Positions 52,792-64,000 of a stretch of 64,000 bases of DNA are shown one piece after another. Position 1 is the first letter of the stretch. Each line of letters begins with the position of its first letter. The notes beneath the pieces were generated by a model. It did not search any database and was not told where the DNA came from. It was given only the letters and a program-made list of their open reading frames with translations. Both the position numbers and the translations under genes were made by a program. Source of the DNA: Neolecta irregularis DAH-3 (taxonomy: Eukaryota); NCBI GenBank assembly GCA_001929475.1, contig LXFE01000152.1:1-64000 (forward strand), given 5' to 3'.

Positions 52792-55700
52792 CTACGCTAA
52801 GGGGAAAGGACCACTAAGCATAGCTCTCATACGAGCTAGCTCTGCACTATACTCTTGACGCAAGTCCTTCAGCGTCAATAATTTCCTTCGAATGTTGTCT
52901 ATTGTTAACGTGCAATTAGTCAGGATCATACTCTTTAACCCATGTGAAAATTTTGGTTTCTTGGCAGTATGAGATTCTGCTTCCACATGATTCGCAATGA
53001 TCCAAGCATCGTCGTCCTTCAAACATGACAAGGCACTTATCAGAGCCAAATATGACTCTGTAATCTCTAGCGAATTCATCATATAACCGTGGGTGCCTGT
53101 TGTTGAGTTTTGTAATTGTTTTATTCTTTGGTGCATGATCGAAGCAGCTTCTAATCAGAACATCGTCCAAATCTATGAATATACCTCCACGATAATTTGA
53201 CTTCTTTACCCGCCAGGCATAGAGAATTCTATGGTAATTCGGATGAGCATGTGTATCAATTACGGCTTCAGCTTTGTTTTGAAGGATTTCATCAACATCG
53301 TCTTGAAGACTGACAAATGGGTATTCGCAAAGCTGAATTGACCGATTATCTTCGCACATCCTGGCAACAAGTTTTCGGCCTGCTTCTATTTGCCTAAGAA
53401 TCAGAAGACGTGAAAGTAACGCAGATCTACGAGTTTCTAGATTCGAAATGCCGAAGGCAAAGATACGCCTCATCATAGAGTCCGCAGCCAATTGCGCTTT
53501 TAAAGAGCTTGGTCCAAATATCACCGTCAAGAGAGAAAGCCTTTGAATTAACAAACACCTGGATTTAAGATCATGCCTTGGATTTCAGTAGACTAGACTC
53601 TAATGCCAGGTTGCAGGCGTTGATAACGTTTTTATGCATTGCTTTTTGCTCGAATAGAGAAGCAACATGTAAAAAGAATTGCGAAAGACCTTTCCCAATG
53701 GTTGACACTTCCGCGTCTTCCAGAGCCTCTCTCGTCGCACGACCTTCATCTGAATTTAATTCTTCTTCAGCAGCTATCATTTAGATGGCAATTCTCCAAC
53801 TAAACGTACCAAGACCAACACTAGCCTTTGAAAAAGACAGTTCCGCTTTGAGAGATTCGCCAAGCTCGAGAAATATTCGTCCTTTAACGTACATCCCCCA
53901 ATGACTTTGGGGTAGCCATTCTAGAAAGCTATTCGCGTCTTCAATCCTTGTCTGTTGTCTCAAAATATTCAGGAGTTTCAAAGGGAATATCGAGGCATTC
54001 TGACTGATATCTAATTGGAGGAGGGTGGAGCTAATTAAAGAGGAAAAAGAAGTTCCATCCGAATTCGAAGTGAAAGAAGGATTCGTCAATAGATTTAAAA
54101 TTTGGTGCATAAATGATCTCCCCGTTATTTTTTTTGACGACTTCAATGTATCAAGCATGCGCATATTTTCAAGATGCTGTGATAAGATGTTATCGGTATT
54201 GATGCTCTCATGGGATATTCTTTGTATCGCAGGCCGATAAAGACCAACTTCGGCAAGAAGGCTGTAAGCTTTGTAACTCTCCAGATATCTGGTAGAAAGT
54301 TTCTGGAGAACTTCTGGAGAATGCTCAATACCGATTTCCGCGTTAGCGATATAGGCAATCAGTAGAATCACATCCAAGAGGGCATCTCGACGCGACAACC
54401 CAACTTCTACGACCCCAGCGCTAAGCAATGAAAGTGAAGTGTGAGTGCAGATTGCTGTGCGAGAATCGACTTCGTCAGGATCCTCGACAATGCATACCAA
54501 TAGTTCTTCCAACGCCTTTTCGAGGCTGAGAGCATTTAAGATTTCTCTAAGACTGTTATGGACAGATTCTGTAAGATGTTCGTAGAGGCATGAATCATAT
54601 ATCATCCAAAGACGATCCTCGATGGTAAATGTTGGGTTGCGGATGATTTCTTCGTGTAGTGCACATCGAATATCATCCAGAGCTTGCTTGGTAAGATTAT
54701 GACGCAAATAATTGGCAGCTGTGGCGACCCGACTGACATTTGACAACAACAATGGATCTTGGATTATGCGATATATGGGAGAAAATTCAGGAATTTTTAA
54801 TTTTGCTATACTTTCCAGATTCGATAAAAGGTCATCGTTATTGAGGTTTAAAAGTTCTGCGCCCTGACATCCACGAATAACAGAAAGGCGACCAGCCTTG
54901 GCAATTAGAATCTGTCCACTTATTAGATCGTGGTATATTGAATGAGGTTCGTGAGCCCGCCGATCTAGTTCAGAACATAGGCGGGAAAAGCGATGCCAGG
55001 CCACATTAACATCGGATCTGTACTTATCAAATAGGATGCTTCCATTATCTGAGTCGATCTGTTGCTTCACAGATTGGGTGACTATTCTGCGAATCTCGTG
55101 CTCCAAAACTTTTTGCTCGGCACTAAATGTAAATTTCGTGAGAGATTTAGCTTCATCAGGATTCTGACTTTGTTGATAGATTTGGAGAGCTGTCCGGAGA
55201 ACAGATGACGGATATTGAGAGCCCGAAAAAATCTGAAAAATCCAAAACTCAGTCACATCTTCTGAGGTAGCAACCGATGGTCCACTCATGATTTTACTAG
55301 TGTTTGGACTGACAGCTGGAAATGCAGATATCCAGTAGAATTTTCCAGGGCTTTTCAGTTTGATACTGGTGGTTTGAGTTATAGAACTGGTATTGCTTTT
55401 CCAGAGGATCCATAGATCTAGATTCTGTTCTGTCCGTGAATGGTGAGCAAGAGAGTGGCTTTGCATCCGAAGATCGCCAGACACAAGAAAGTCCATAACA
55501 ATCCAAATGGAGTCGCTCGATGGAATAGATGCTTGAAGTCTCGAATCTGATCCTGCAAGAATATCTCGCAACTCAACCCCTTGTCCCGAAGGCCCACGAT
55601 TGCCTTCCCATATCACAAACGAACCTTCGTCTTGAGGATTGAAAGTTACTATGTAAAAACGTGTGTCATGCGATTGTTGAGTTTCATGCAGAGCGATCAG

Positions 55701-56645
55701 GTTCCTTGGTGTTGAATCAATAAGGGGACCGCGGCCGGAGCGATCGGCAGAGAGGTCGTATACTTTCAGTAGTTGATTCCTTGCCAGTGACCAGATTTTG
55801 AACTTCAAATCTACGGAAACAGAGAATATAAGTGACAACTTTTTCGAGATGAGTAGTGAAACTACGAGGTTGGAGGGATAATTTCTGCGAGAATTCCGAT
55901 TTTCCTTTGGCGATCCGGACCATGGTATTATGTGTTTTAACGAGGTAAGATAACTGCTGTCACTATAAATTGTCTCGAACCAGTCTTTCAAGTTAATATG
56001 ATGCAAAAATAGTGACATACCGAATGATTCATTTCTTTCAAGTTTCAATAATCCCCCATCTTGGAAGGCAAAGAGTACCGAGTTCGTGTCAACTACTTTC
56101 ATGAATTGCGGCGGTCTGATTTCGAAAGAGGGAGGAAGAAATAGCGAACACCATCCTCTCCTATCCTTAATATCGCAGGAAACAAGTTCTGTGGATGTCA
56201 GATTTATCGAATAGAGCAAATTTGCTTCCGTTAAGACGTGAATAATCATTACATCTGAATCTTGGGTTTCGCAGAGACCGACAGAGCAAGGAACAATTTT
56301 CGCGGGAAATTGTATTCTAAGACTATTTCCATTTGGATCTTCAGACTGTAAGGTCAAATCGATTGCCGAGAGATGAAGTATTCGATGATCGAGAATCCTC
56401 CAAAGAACACTCCTCGGAGATCGCCCAAATGCTCTTGTGTGGATTGAGGCATCGTTTGCGATATTTTCCTTTGCGAATTGGATTTCTGGTTCTTGGGATT
56501 CGGCATCGCAACGAGTTCGCGCATCGTTATGGTGCTGTGGGACATGAGCCGTATGGGATTTTCCCAGAGGCAACAGTCGTTCTAAGGATACACAAGATTC
56601 GCGCAACCAGCTTGGGCTATGAGGGTTGGGTGGATTAGCGGTCAT
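52792..56645 (-). CDS. NUP120: Nucleoporin Nup120/Nup160
   Basis: 984-aa exon with PRSVLWRIL, DGGLLKL, FSVSVDLKFKIWSL and LWILWKSN; C-terminal YHRILYAWRVKKSNYRGAA and RRKLLTLKDLRQEY. Confidence 0.88.
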
Positions 56646-56833
56646 TATTACAATGTTGTTATAGACAAGCGAAAAGGATGTCGAGTCTAAATTAGAATCG
56701 TCCATTAACATTACAACACCAATTCTAGGACACAACTACACGCAATCCATACAAAGACACAAAAACGTATAAGACGCACCGAATAGCATACCCATTCATA
56801 AAAATATAAAAACAAATCATGTGTCACGTGAAT

Positions 56834-57566
56834 TTACGATAGAGCAGAAATAGCCTGCATTTCTCCTCCATCAATCGTAAATCCCGACTTTCGAATTCGC
56901 GACCGGACGCCAAATCTTGAGAGATAATTAGACTTTTTGATGGGCTTAGCATCATGGTCCATGACCACCATTCCGTCTATTAGATCTTCGTCTCCAGGTT
57001 CTTCCACAAACGGAATAAAAGGTGTAACTTTAGTTGACTTTCCACTGGAACCGCAGTTTCCATCCAGACTCATGCGAGGTGCGAGGTGCTCTCTGGTACA
57101 TCCACCCAAATCGAATGAGCGGCGATAACTGTCAAACGACTCTCGAGAAATAGAGGAGAAAGGCTCCTCAAAAAGAGAATCTGTTTTGCCTGTGCTTCTT
57201 GACCGATGACTCCAGAAGCTTGACGATCTTTCTTGCGGAGAAGGCTATATATGTGAACTGTATGCACAAATAGGTAATACATACTGGAAGGTAGACTCCG
57301 CTATCGTTTATTACTAGGAGATCAGTCATCTGATTTTTTTAGAAGGGAGGTTGTTGCATACCCGATAATTTGTACACATCATCGTCTTTTCTAGAAGGAC
57401 TTGTAATGATATTGAACTTGCTACACTCCTTTATTATAACTATAGGTGTGACAGTGGCATGATGAGAAGAAACACTTGTCTCTTGGGTAGTGCTCTGACT
57501 TGAAGGTGGGAACGATGATTGAGAAAGAGGCAATTTTTTGAATGGGTTGCGGATGAAGGGAGCCAT
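56834..57566 (-). CDS. Small conserved-looking fungal hypothetical protein (3 exons)
   Basis: Spliced MAPFIRNPFKK...VYKLSVINDSGVYLPPSP...SRESFDSYRRSFDL...PRMSLD. Confidence 0.7.
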
Positions 57567-58515
57567 ATTAGCGGTGGATGCTGGGAGGGACTGGGTCATA
57601 TAACGGGAATCGGAGTTAGCAAATAGTGCGCCACGGAGCTTCGGAAGGGGTCAAAGGGGGCGGATTTTTTAGTTGTTTCAAGATTAGTTTCTGAGTAAAA
57701 CTGCCCAGAAAAGTACCAGGGATTCGCTTCTATGCAGAACTGTAGCAACCGTTTATATATGGTGGCGAGGCGGATGCAAAATGTGTCAGGTTTCCGTCAA
57801 ATGTCTGTTGTTGATTTATGGCTGATTCTTGCGACTGCACTATTATATGCCAAGAAATGATGATGACATGCTAGAATGACGCATCAATTATTTCGATATC
57901 AACCGCAAACGATTCAAACTACAACGAATTGCAAGTTTATCTATCTAAGCGTGCGGAATAAAAACGAAGGAGGAAAATCCAATTGAACGCATGCGAAAAA
58001 GTGGCGGAACGCCTATTGATAACATCCTAACAATGGGACATGTAATCCGAAAATGATGTTAAATTTACTTTATATGAAATACACACCATGGAATCCGGTA
58101 TATCCTATTCTGCTTATTCGGCATAAAGCAAATATAGTTGGAGAAAGTCATAAATATTTGTACCTTTCCCTTTCTTTGAGGGGGGATTCATTAGATATTT
58201 CACCATGAGAAGAAGAAGCGTGTACATAATCTGATCGAGAACTTGCTGGAAACTTGATTTGAAAAAATGCCTTAAAGCTAACATAGGTGTGCAACTCAAA
58301 GGACGAATAGTAGTCCACCTCGGATGAAACAACCACCCGAGATAAACTACATATGCTAACTAGATTATATTCATAGCATCACAGGGACTTCTTTAAGAAT
58401 AAAAGTCTTCGTTCCGTGAATAGTATGAGAAACTGACGTCAGCAAAATCATGCGGCCTTCCATGATAAAGAGCACCCAGGAGGCGGGGCGTGTGTCAACT
58501 CGTACGATTTACACC

Positions 58516-58812
58516 ATGTCTTCTTCCGATACCAAAAGAATCATCGCTGACTGGCAAGAGAAGCTGGTTGGAAAAGTTCTCAGTGAGGAGCATGGTCCTG
58601 ATGTATCAATGTTCTATGCATCAATATTTACTCTAACAGACATTTAAAAGAGCAGACCTTCCTTTGGATTTCCGAGTCTTGAAAGCTGGAGCTATGCATA
58701 CCCAGGAGCATAACCCAGGCCGGTATGTCTGGCCAATTGACTTAATTAATCGCATAGAATGAATGTTTATTGTGACAAGAATATGAGAGTTAGTCGACTG
58801 GCTACTGGATAG
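58516..58812 (+). CDS. Small serine-protease inhibitor, I78/potato-inhibitor-I-like (3 exons)
   Basis: Spliced MSSSDTKRIIADWQEKLVGKVL...DLPLDFRVLKAGAMHTQEHNPGRMNVYCDKNMRVSRLATG*, fitting the W..KLVGK / RV / T....P.R.NV...V.....G pattern. Confidence 0.75.
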
Positions 58813-58903
58813 ATCATCTGGTCGTCGGAATAAATCAACAAGAATAAGAGTGTCTATATGAGCGTCAGATGATTCCTCAGTTTTCTATATCTACAAATCT
58901 CTA

Positions 58904-61656
58904 TTATTCAGTATGATCATTATTGCAATCATTTAATGCAATCCCGTTGCCGTTTGAAACTAGATGAAATGCATTTGCCATGGGCCATCGTTGTCCCGCT
59001 TTTACTTTATACGATGAAACTTGAGGACTTGTCCATTTTTCAAGGATCGCGAGGCCGAGTTGAGCATCGTGTATTGTAGTCGAATCTAATTGAAGGATTT
59101 CAAATAGTATTTTTTCTGCGTTTGGCGAATTGATTACGGCGAGGGCTTCGGCGGCTGAGATGTCGTTAGTCACATAGAGCCTTTTTGCGTACTAGATAGT
59201 AAACCACGAGCACTCGACCGGCTCCTGTCTAATACTTGGTTTAAATATACATCAAGATCGACATCGGGGTCAATGAATGCTTTCAGTTGGGAGTTTAAAA
59301 GTTCTTTGACCGGGTCTGCAAGTTGGGCTTTTCGTACTAATAGTTCAGTAAAGAAATCAATTTCACAAAGTTCACTCTGTGTAAAGAATCGGGCGATTAG
59401 CGGGCATAGCCTAGGATCCGAGGAATCTATTGACGAAATACTTTGCAATGCTTTAGCTGATGCAATGTAATTACCTGGAAAAAGTCAGAAACATGAATTG
59501 TTCAATGTACGTTACCACTTCGAATATAAACTTCAAAAGCACTCAACCAAGTTTCAATCTCCTTCGAACACAACTGCACCAGTGGCTTCAAAAATGCATC
59601 GACGACTTTAAGCGGTTCCGTCGTCTTCGCCAATTTCTCACCAAAAGGATCATCATCGCCCGGCAACACATATACATCATTCTTTTTCGCTGCAAATGAT
59701 TTTTTAGCCTTTTTAATCGCTCGTTTCTTTTCCGATTCGTTTAGACGGATATTATCAATACCATGCGCAAATTCAGGGTTGTCGTACAACATACAATATA
59801 TTTTCACGGCAGAATGCGCAGCCTTGACAAAATTAGGATTCGAACGAAGTTGATCTTCCCATTTTAACATATCAATATATGTTCTAATGGTCCCTTTTCG
59901 TACTGCATATGCGTGAAAATCGAATTGATCATCGGCCCATTCATCAAATATTTTTAAAATCGTGTGGAAGCGTTTTAATGCGAGACCCAATTTTCCTTGG
60001 CGGAGGTATGATTGTCCATCTTCAAGGATAAACCAGAAAGCCTGCATTTCTGATAAATCGCCTACTGAGCCTCCTGGTGCATCTTTCTCGGTATGTTAAT
60101 TACTTTAGAGAGATAGAAGGGTACCCTGGTGAAAGGTTTGGCAATTTCTGCGGCAAGAGTATTTTGATTGTCACGTAGATAATATTTTACACATTTCGTA
60201 TTGACGAAACGATCTCGAAGATCTGATTCTCGCGCTTCGTTCATGGTTTTAGCGGCGCCAGGGATATCGCCGACATGCTTTAGTATTCGAGCTTTAAACA
60301 TTCTCAATTCGACTGTTTCTGGGGACAACTGAATGGTAGTCTCGATATATTCCTGTGCCTTGTCAAAGTTGGCGATGTAATCGTGGTGCTGTGCAAGGTA
60401 ATAATGCGCCCATAAAAGAGAATTATCCAAGGTGTCGAGGGAAGCGATGTACTCATTCACGACTTGGAAAGCAATCTCACGTTTAGATTTGTCTTGATAT
60501 AGAGATTTGATATTGGCGAATATGGATGGAATCCCCTTCTGAAAAGCGGCGATCAAGTAAGGTTTTAGCAAATCTCGGAATTCGTCGCCTGAATAAGAAG
60601 AGAAAAAGAAGGGGCGATACCATTGAGGTGGTCTAGAAACCTTCGCTTTGCAGCATCAGACTTTGGATAACGTTGTTGCAAGTCGTGGTATAATGTTTTT
60701 AGAGCAGCTTTGTTTACAAGGACGTTGTTGTCGTCGATTGCCTGTCGAACCTGTTCAAGGGCAACAAAGTATTCAATTTTATCACTATTCCTGTCCATGA
60801 GGACAAAATATGCCTTTTCTGCTTGTTGCCAATTTTTTAGGAGCAAAAGGTATTTTGCGTGCAATTCTGCGACGGTGAGTTTGTCGAGGACGTTTAATTC
60901 GATGGATTGCAGATGGGAGAGGGCGCGTTCGATGTCTCCGGACTGGTAGATGACCATGTTGTGATAGAGGAGAGCCTCTGAATTTTCCAAGTCCCATGGA
61001 TTGACGCGCTAGAGAGTGGGTTTTGAAAAAAGAAAACAAGGAAGGGTACCTTCAAGGTAGCCTGGTACGAGGCGAGGGTTGATTCTGCAGCGGAGTAGTC
61101 GTTTGAGAGGTGTTGGGCGAGGGCGAGGGCTGACCAGTTTTGGCGTTGCTCTGGTCTTAACTGAATGATTTTTGAGCGAGATTCTGCGTAGTGGGCAAAC
61201 ATTCTGAGCTGGACCTGGAGCATTGCGAAGTCGCGGAGGATCTGGTGATTATCCCTGTCGAACTTGAGGGCGTTTGCATAGCACTTGAGAGCTTCGTCGT
61301 AGTTTTTGTCTGCTCGTTGGACGATGCCGTAGACGTGCCAGCAAATGTGACTTGTGAGATCGCACTTGAGGCCTCTGCGAATAAGATCGTAGCCTTCCTG
61401 CTTGCGGTCGGTGTTTGTGTAGAGGAGTCCTTTCATGGCAAGGGTGTCTGGGATTAGAAGGGACAATGTGAAAAGAGCGAGTACCGGGATGGTCTGGGAA
61501 TCGTTTGAGGATCAGGTCTGCTGTCTTGATGCCTTTCTTGTACTGCTTCGTCTCATAGAGACGCTGGTGGTTAGTGCAGCAGCGGAGGACAAGTACAAGC
61601 AGGGCCTTGAACAGGGCGAGTTCCTTTGGTGCCAGTGCTGGCTTTGCGGGAGGCAT
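58904..61656 (-). CDS. NAT1: NatA N-terminal acetyltransferase auxiliary subunit Nat1/Naa15
   Basis: YETKQYKKGIKTAD, SHICWHVYG, QILRDFAMLQVQLR, DLRDRFVNTKCVKY, DDQFDFHAY and DDDPFGEKL. Confidence 0.96.
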
Positions 61657-61869
61657 GGGTGGTGGTGATGATACCAATGTGAGTACTGATACCAGGTTCC
61701 GTCTGCACTGATACTATCCAGGATTGGTATTCTCTACTTCAGTACGCTTCCGTATTCCCAGTACTGCTCGCTGTAGTCCGCCGCTACTCTTGATTGTTGT
61801 CCACCCGACTCTTGGTTGTTGTCCACAACTCCACTGATACCACCGCACTTTACACACTCTACTCATATT

Positions 61870-62960
61870 ATGGTGCATCCACGCCTGTCGCTGCTGACTC
61901 CCAGGCTGCTGCTGCTGCTGCTGCTAATACCACCGGGACTGTCGCCCAGACACTCGACACCCACCATGACGACATGATTGCACGTTCTCCTGCGGACCCC
62001 GCTGACTCCAGCACGATGCCGTTCTTGACTACTACGGCAAGCGCCTCGCGACCTGCTCCTCAGACAAGACCATCAAGATTTTTTCCGTCGATGGGGCGAC
62101 CCACAGACTCGTCGAGACGCTGCGAGGGTGCTTCTTGCGCCTTTTTTGACCGGCACACTAACTTTATCCAGCCACGACGGCCCCGTATGGCAGCTCGCAT
62201 GGGCGCACCCCAAGTTTGGCACCATCCTCGCAAGCTCCAGCTACGACGGCCGTGTCCTCATCTGGCGCGAAAACAGTCCAAACAACTGGTCCCGCCTCAT
62301 CGAACACACGCTCCACCAGGCAAGCGGTATTTCTCACCGTATCTCTCCGCTAACCCCAAAGTCAATTCAGTCGCCTGGGCCCCGCATGAACTCGGCGCCA
62401 TTCTCGCCTGCGCCTCCTCGGACGGCAAGGTGTCTGTCCTCGAATTCAAAGATGACGGCACCTGGGACACTAGGACTTTTCCCGCCCACGCAATTGGCTG
62501 CAATGCCGCGACTTGGGCTCCCAGCACTCTCCCTGCCTCCCTCATCACCGCAGGCTCCTCGCACTCTCCCGCCGTCAAGCGCATCGCTACCGCCGGATGC
62601 GACAATCTCATCAAAATATGGTCATACAGCTCAGAATCAAACAATTGGATAGAAGAAACGGTCCTCGACGCGCATACAGACTGGGTCAGAGACCTCGCTT
62701 GGGCTCCAAATATCGGCCTCCCAAAATCATATCTTGCATCCGCCAGCCAAGACAAAACAGTCCTCATCTGGACCCAGAGCGGCAACGCACCCTGGGAGAA
62801 ACGCTCATTGCGAGCAGAAAAGTTTCCAGACGTCGTATGGAGAGTCAGCTGGAGCCTCTCCGGAAACGTCCTCGCCGTTAGCTGTGGAGATAACAAGGTC
62901 ACCCTATGGAAGGAAAATCTTAAGGGCGAGTGGGATTGCGTGAGTGAGATTGATAGTTGA
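61870..62960 (+). CDS. SEC13: COPII/nucleoporin WD40 protein Sec13 (5 exons)
   Basis: [58 protein letters not shown] and [16 protein letters not shown]. The first exon is ATG only. Confidence 0.97.
61905..61925 (+). repeat. (GCT)7 trinucleotide repeat encoding poly-Ala at the Sec13 N-terminus
   Basis: Seven GCT units directly after the first intron acceptor. Confidence 0.85.
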
Positions 62961-63239
62961 TTTATGCTCTAACCCGTCATCGTTCTCCTTTTAATCGTCA
63001 TCTTATCCTCTTAACCGTCACTTCAACTTCCATCTTCGTAACACCAATTTATCCTCTTTCACCGTCATTTCATCCTATTTTCACTTCAACTTACCTCTTA
63101 CTCGTCATCTTATCCACTTTTACGTCAACTCATCCTCTTTCAAACTTTCTTTCACCTCAAACTGGCCTCCTTCCTGCATCCCGTCTTTGTATTCGGGCAC
63201 TGGTCCCATGTCATTCTCAGCAATAAAGCCTGGTACAAG

Positions 63240-64000
63240 ATGGTGATGCAGGCCATCTCCAATCTATTGCCTATAGCCATATGGATGGCCATATACATCA
63301 ACGCTCCAGCCATACCGGCCCACTGGAGACCCCAAATCAACGTCGCCATCATGGACCGCTGGGACCAATCGACATTTGACTACAAGCCAGGCATCATTAT
63401 ACTCGTACTCTCTCTATTTGCATTAGGGTATATGCTCACCTATGAAAATCCAAAACTAACCATGAGATATATTTTCTCCTTTTCTTTCTCAAAAAGTTTA
63501 TTCATCTCTATAATCCCCGTTATCCTAAACATACAATTCTCTTTTTCCCACAAAATCTACCCATTTCTCGACATCCTCGCTTTTCTCCCATATACAATAA
63601 TCCATGTTACTTCTCCGTTTCTAGCCTCGTCTTGGCTCTGGTTATTCGCTCCTGCCGGCAAGAATGCACCCTTTGTCCGTATTATAATGTGTAGGTACAG
63701 TAGGGTCGTTTGTCTGGGCGTTTGGTTGCCAAAGCATAGCAGGACTATTCACCCATCTCGTATTTCCAAATGCAGCTCCATGTAAAATCTACGTTTGAAA
63801 CGCAGAGGAGTTCAATTTTAGGGTACGAGGATGTATATAAACGACCGGCTCCAGTTGCTACTTACTCTATGCCTGGCAATCCTGCTGGTTTACAACGAAT
63901 CGATTTAATCTTGGGAACACAGTTTTGTGGGATCAAGTTCAATGGGTCGCCGGTAGTTTTTGGTGCCTTTCCTTCTTTACATTCTGCTTTCGCTTGTCTC
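63240..64000 (+). CDS. Inositol-phosphoryl transferase, IPT1/AUR1 (PAP2) family; 3' end beyond the window
   Basis: LDILAFLPYTIIHVTSPF, AGLFTHLVFPNAAPWY, PGNPAGLQRID and SPVVFGAFPSLHSAFA. Confidence 0.88.

Noticed and set aside
61794-62960. 388-aa ORF as a Sec13 with a novel N-terminal half
   Set aside because: The N-terminal half is out-of-frame read-through across micro-introns. Splicing yields a normal Sec13.

Overview
This is eukaryotic (fungal) nuclear DNA with very high gene density. It carries about 28 protein-coding genes, most split by very short spliceosomal introns (about 32-45 nt), so the ORF track fragments nearly every gene. Protein content and compactness suggest an early-diverging ascomycete (Taphrinomycotina, Neolecta-like); this is inference and was not checked against a database. 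Recognisable genes are PUF6, RAD51, DNA2, MMS2, SCAP/Scp1, a YCR051W-like ankyrin protein, Ric8, a B-type cyclin, a BRE4/FUSC-like membrane protein, CK2-beta, RML2, a Zn2Cys6 transcription factor, ESF2, CEF1/Cdc5, UMP1, a UBL3/MUB-like protein, a degenerate AMP-binding protein, URB1, an eIF4E-binding protein, NUP120, an I78-type protease inhibitor, NAT1/NAA15, SEC13 and a 3'-truncated IPT1/AUR1-family gene. No tRNA, rRNA, CRISPR array or recognisable transposon was seen. Best candidates for new biology: (1) an intronless protein with 6-7 tandem Myb repeats behind an apparent mitochondrial presequence; (2) a RAMA-like (putative modified-adenine reader) domain protein; (3) a micro-intron regime with repeated GC-AG introns, AAG acceptors and many stop-free in-frame (3n) introns; (4) promoter-centred GC-rich domes; (5) a 44-aa prepropeptide missed by the ORF track. 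Gene boundaries were assembled by eye, and start codons are approximate where noted.
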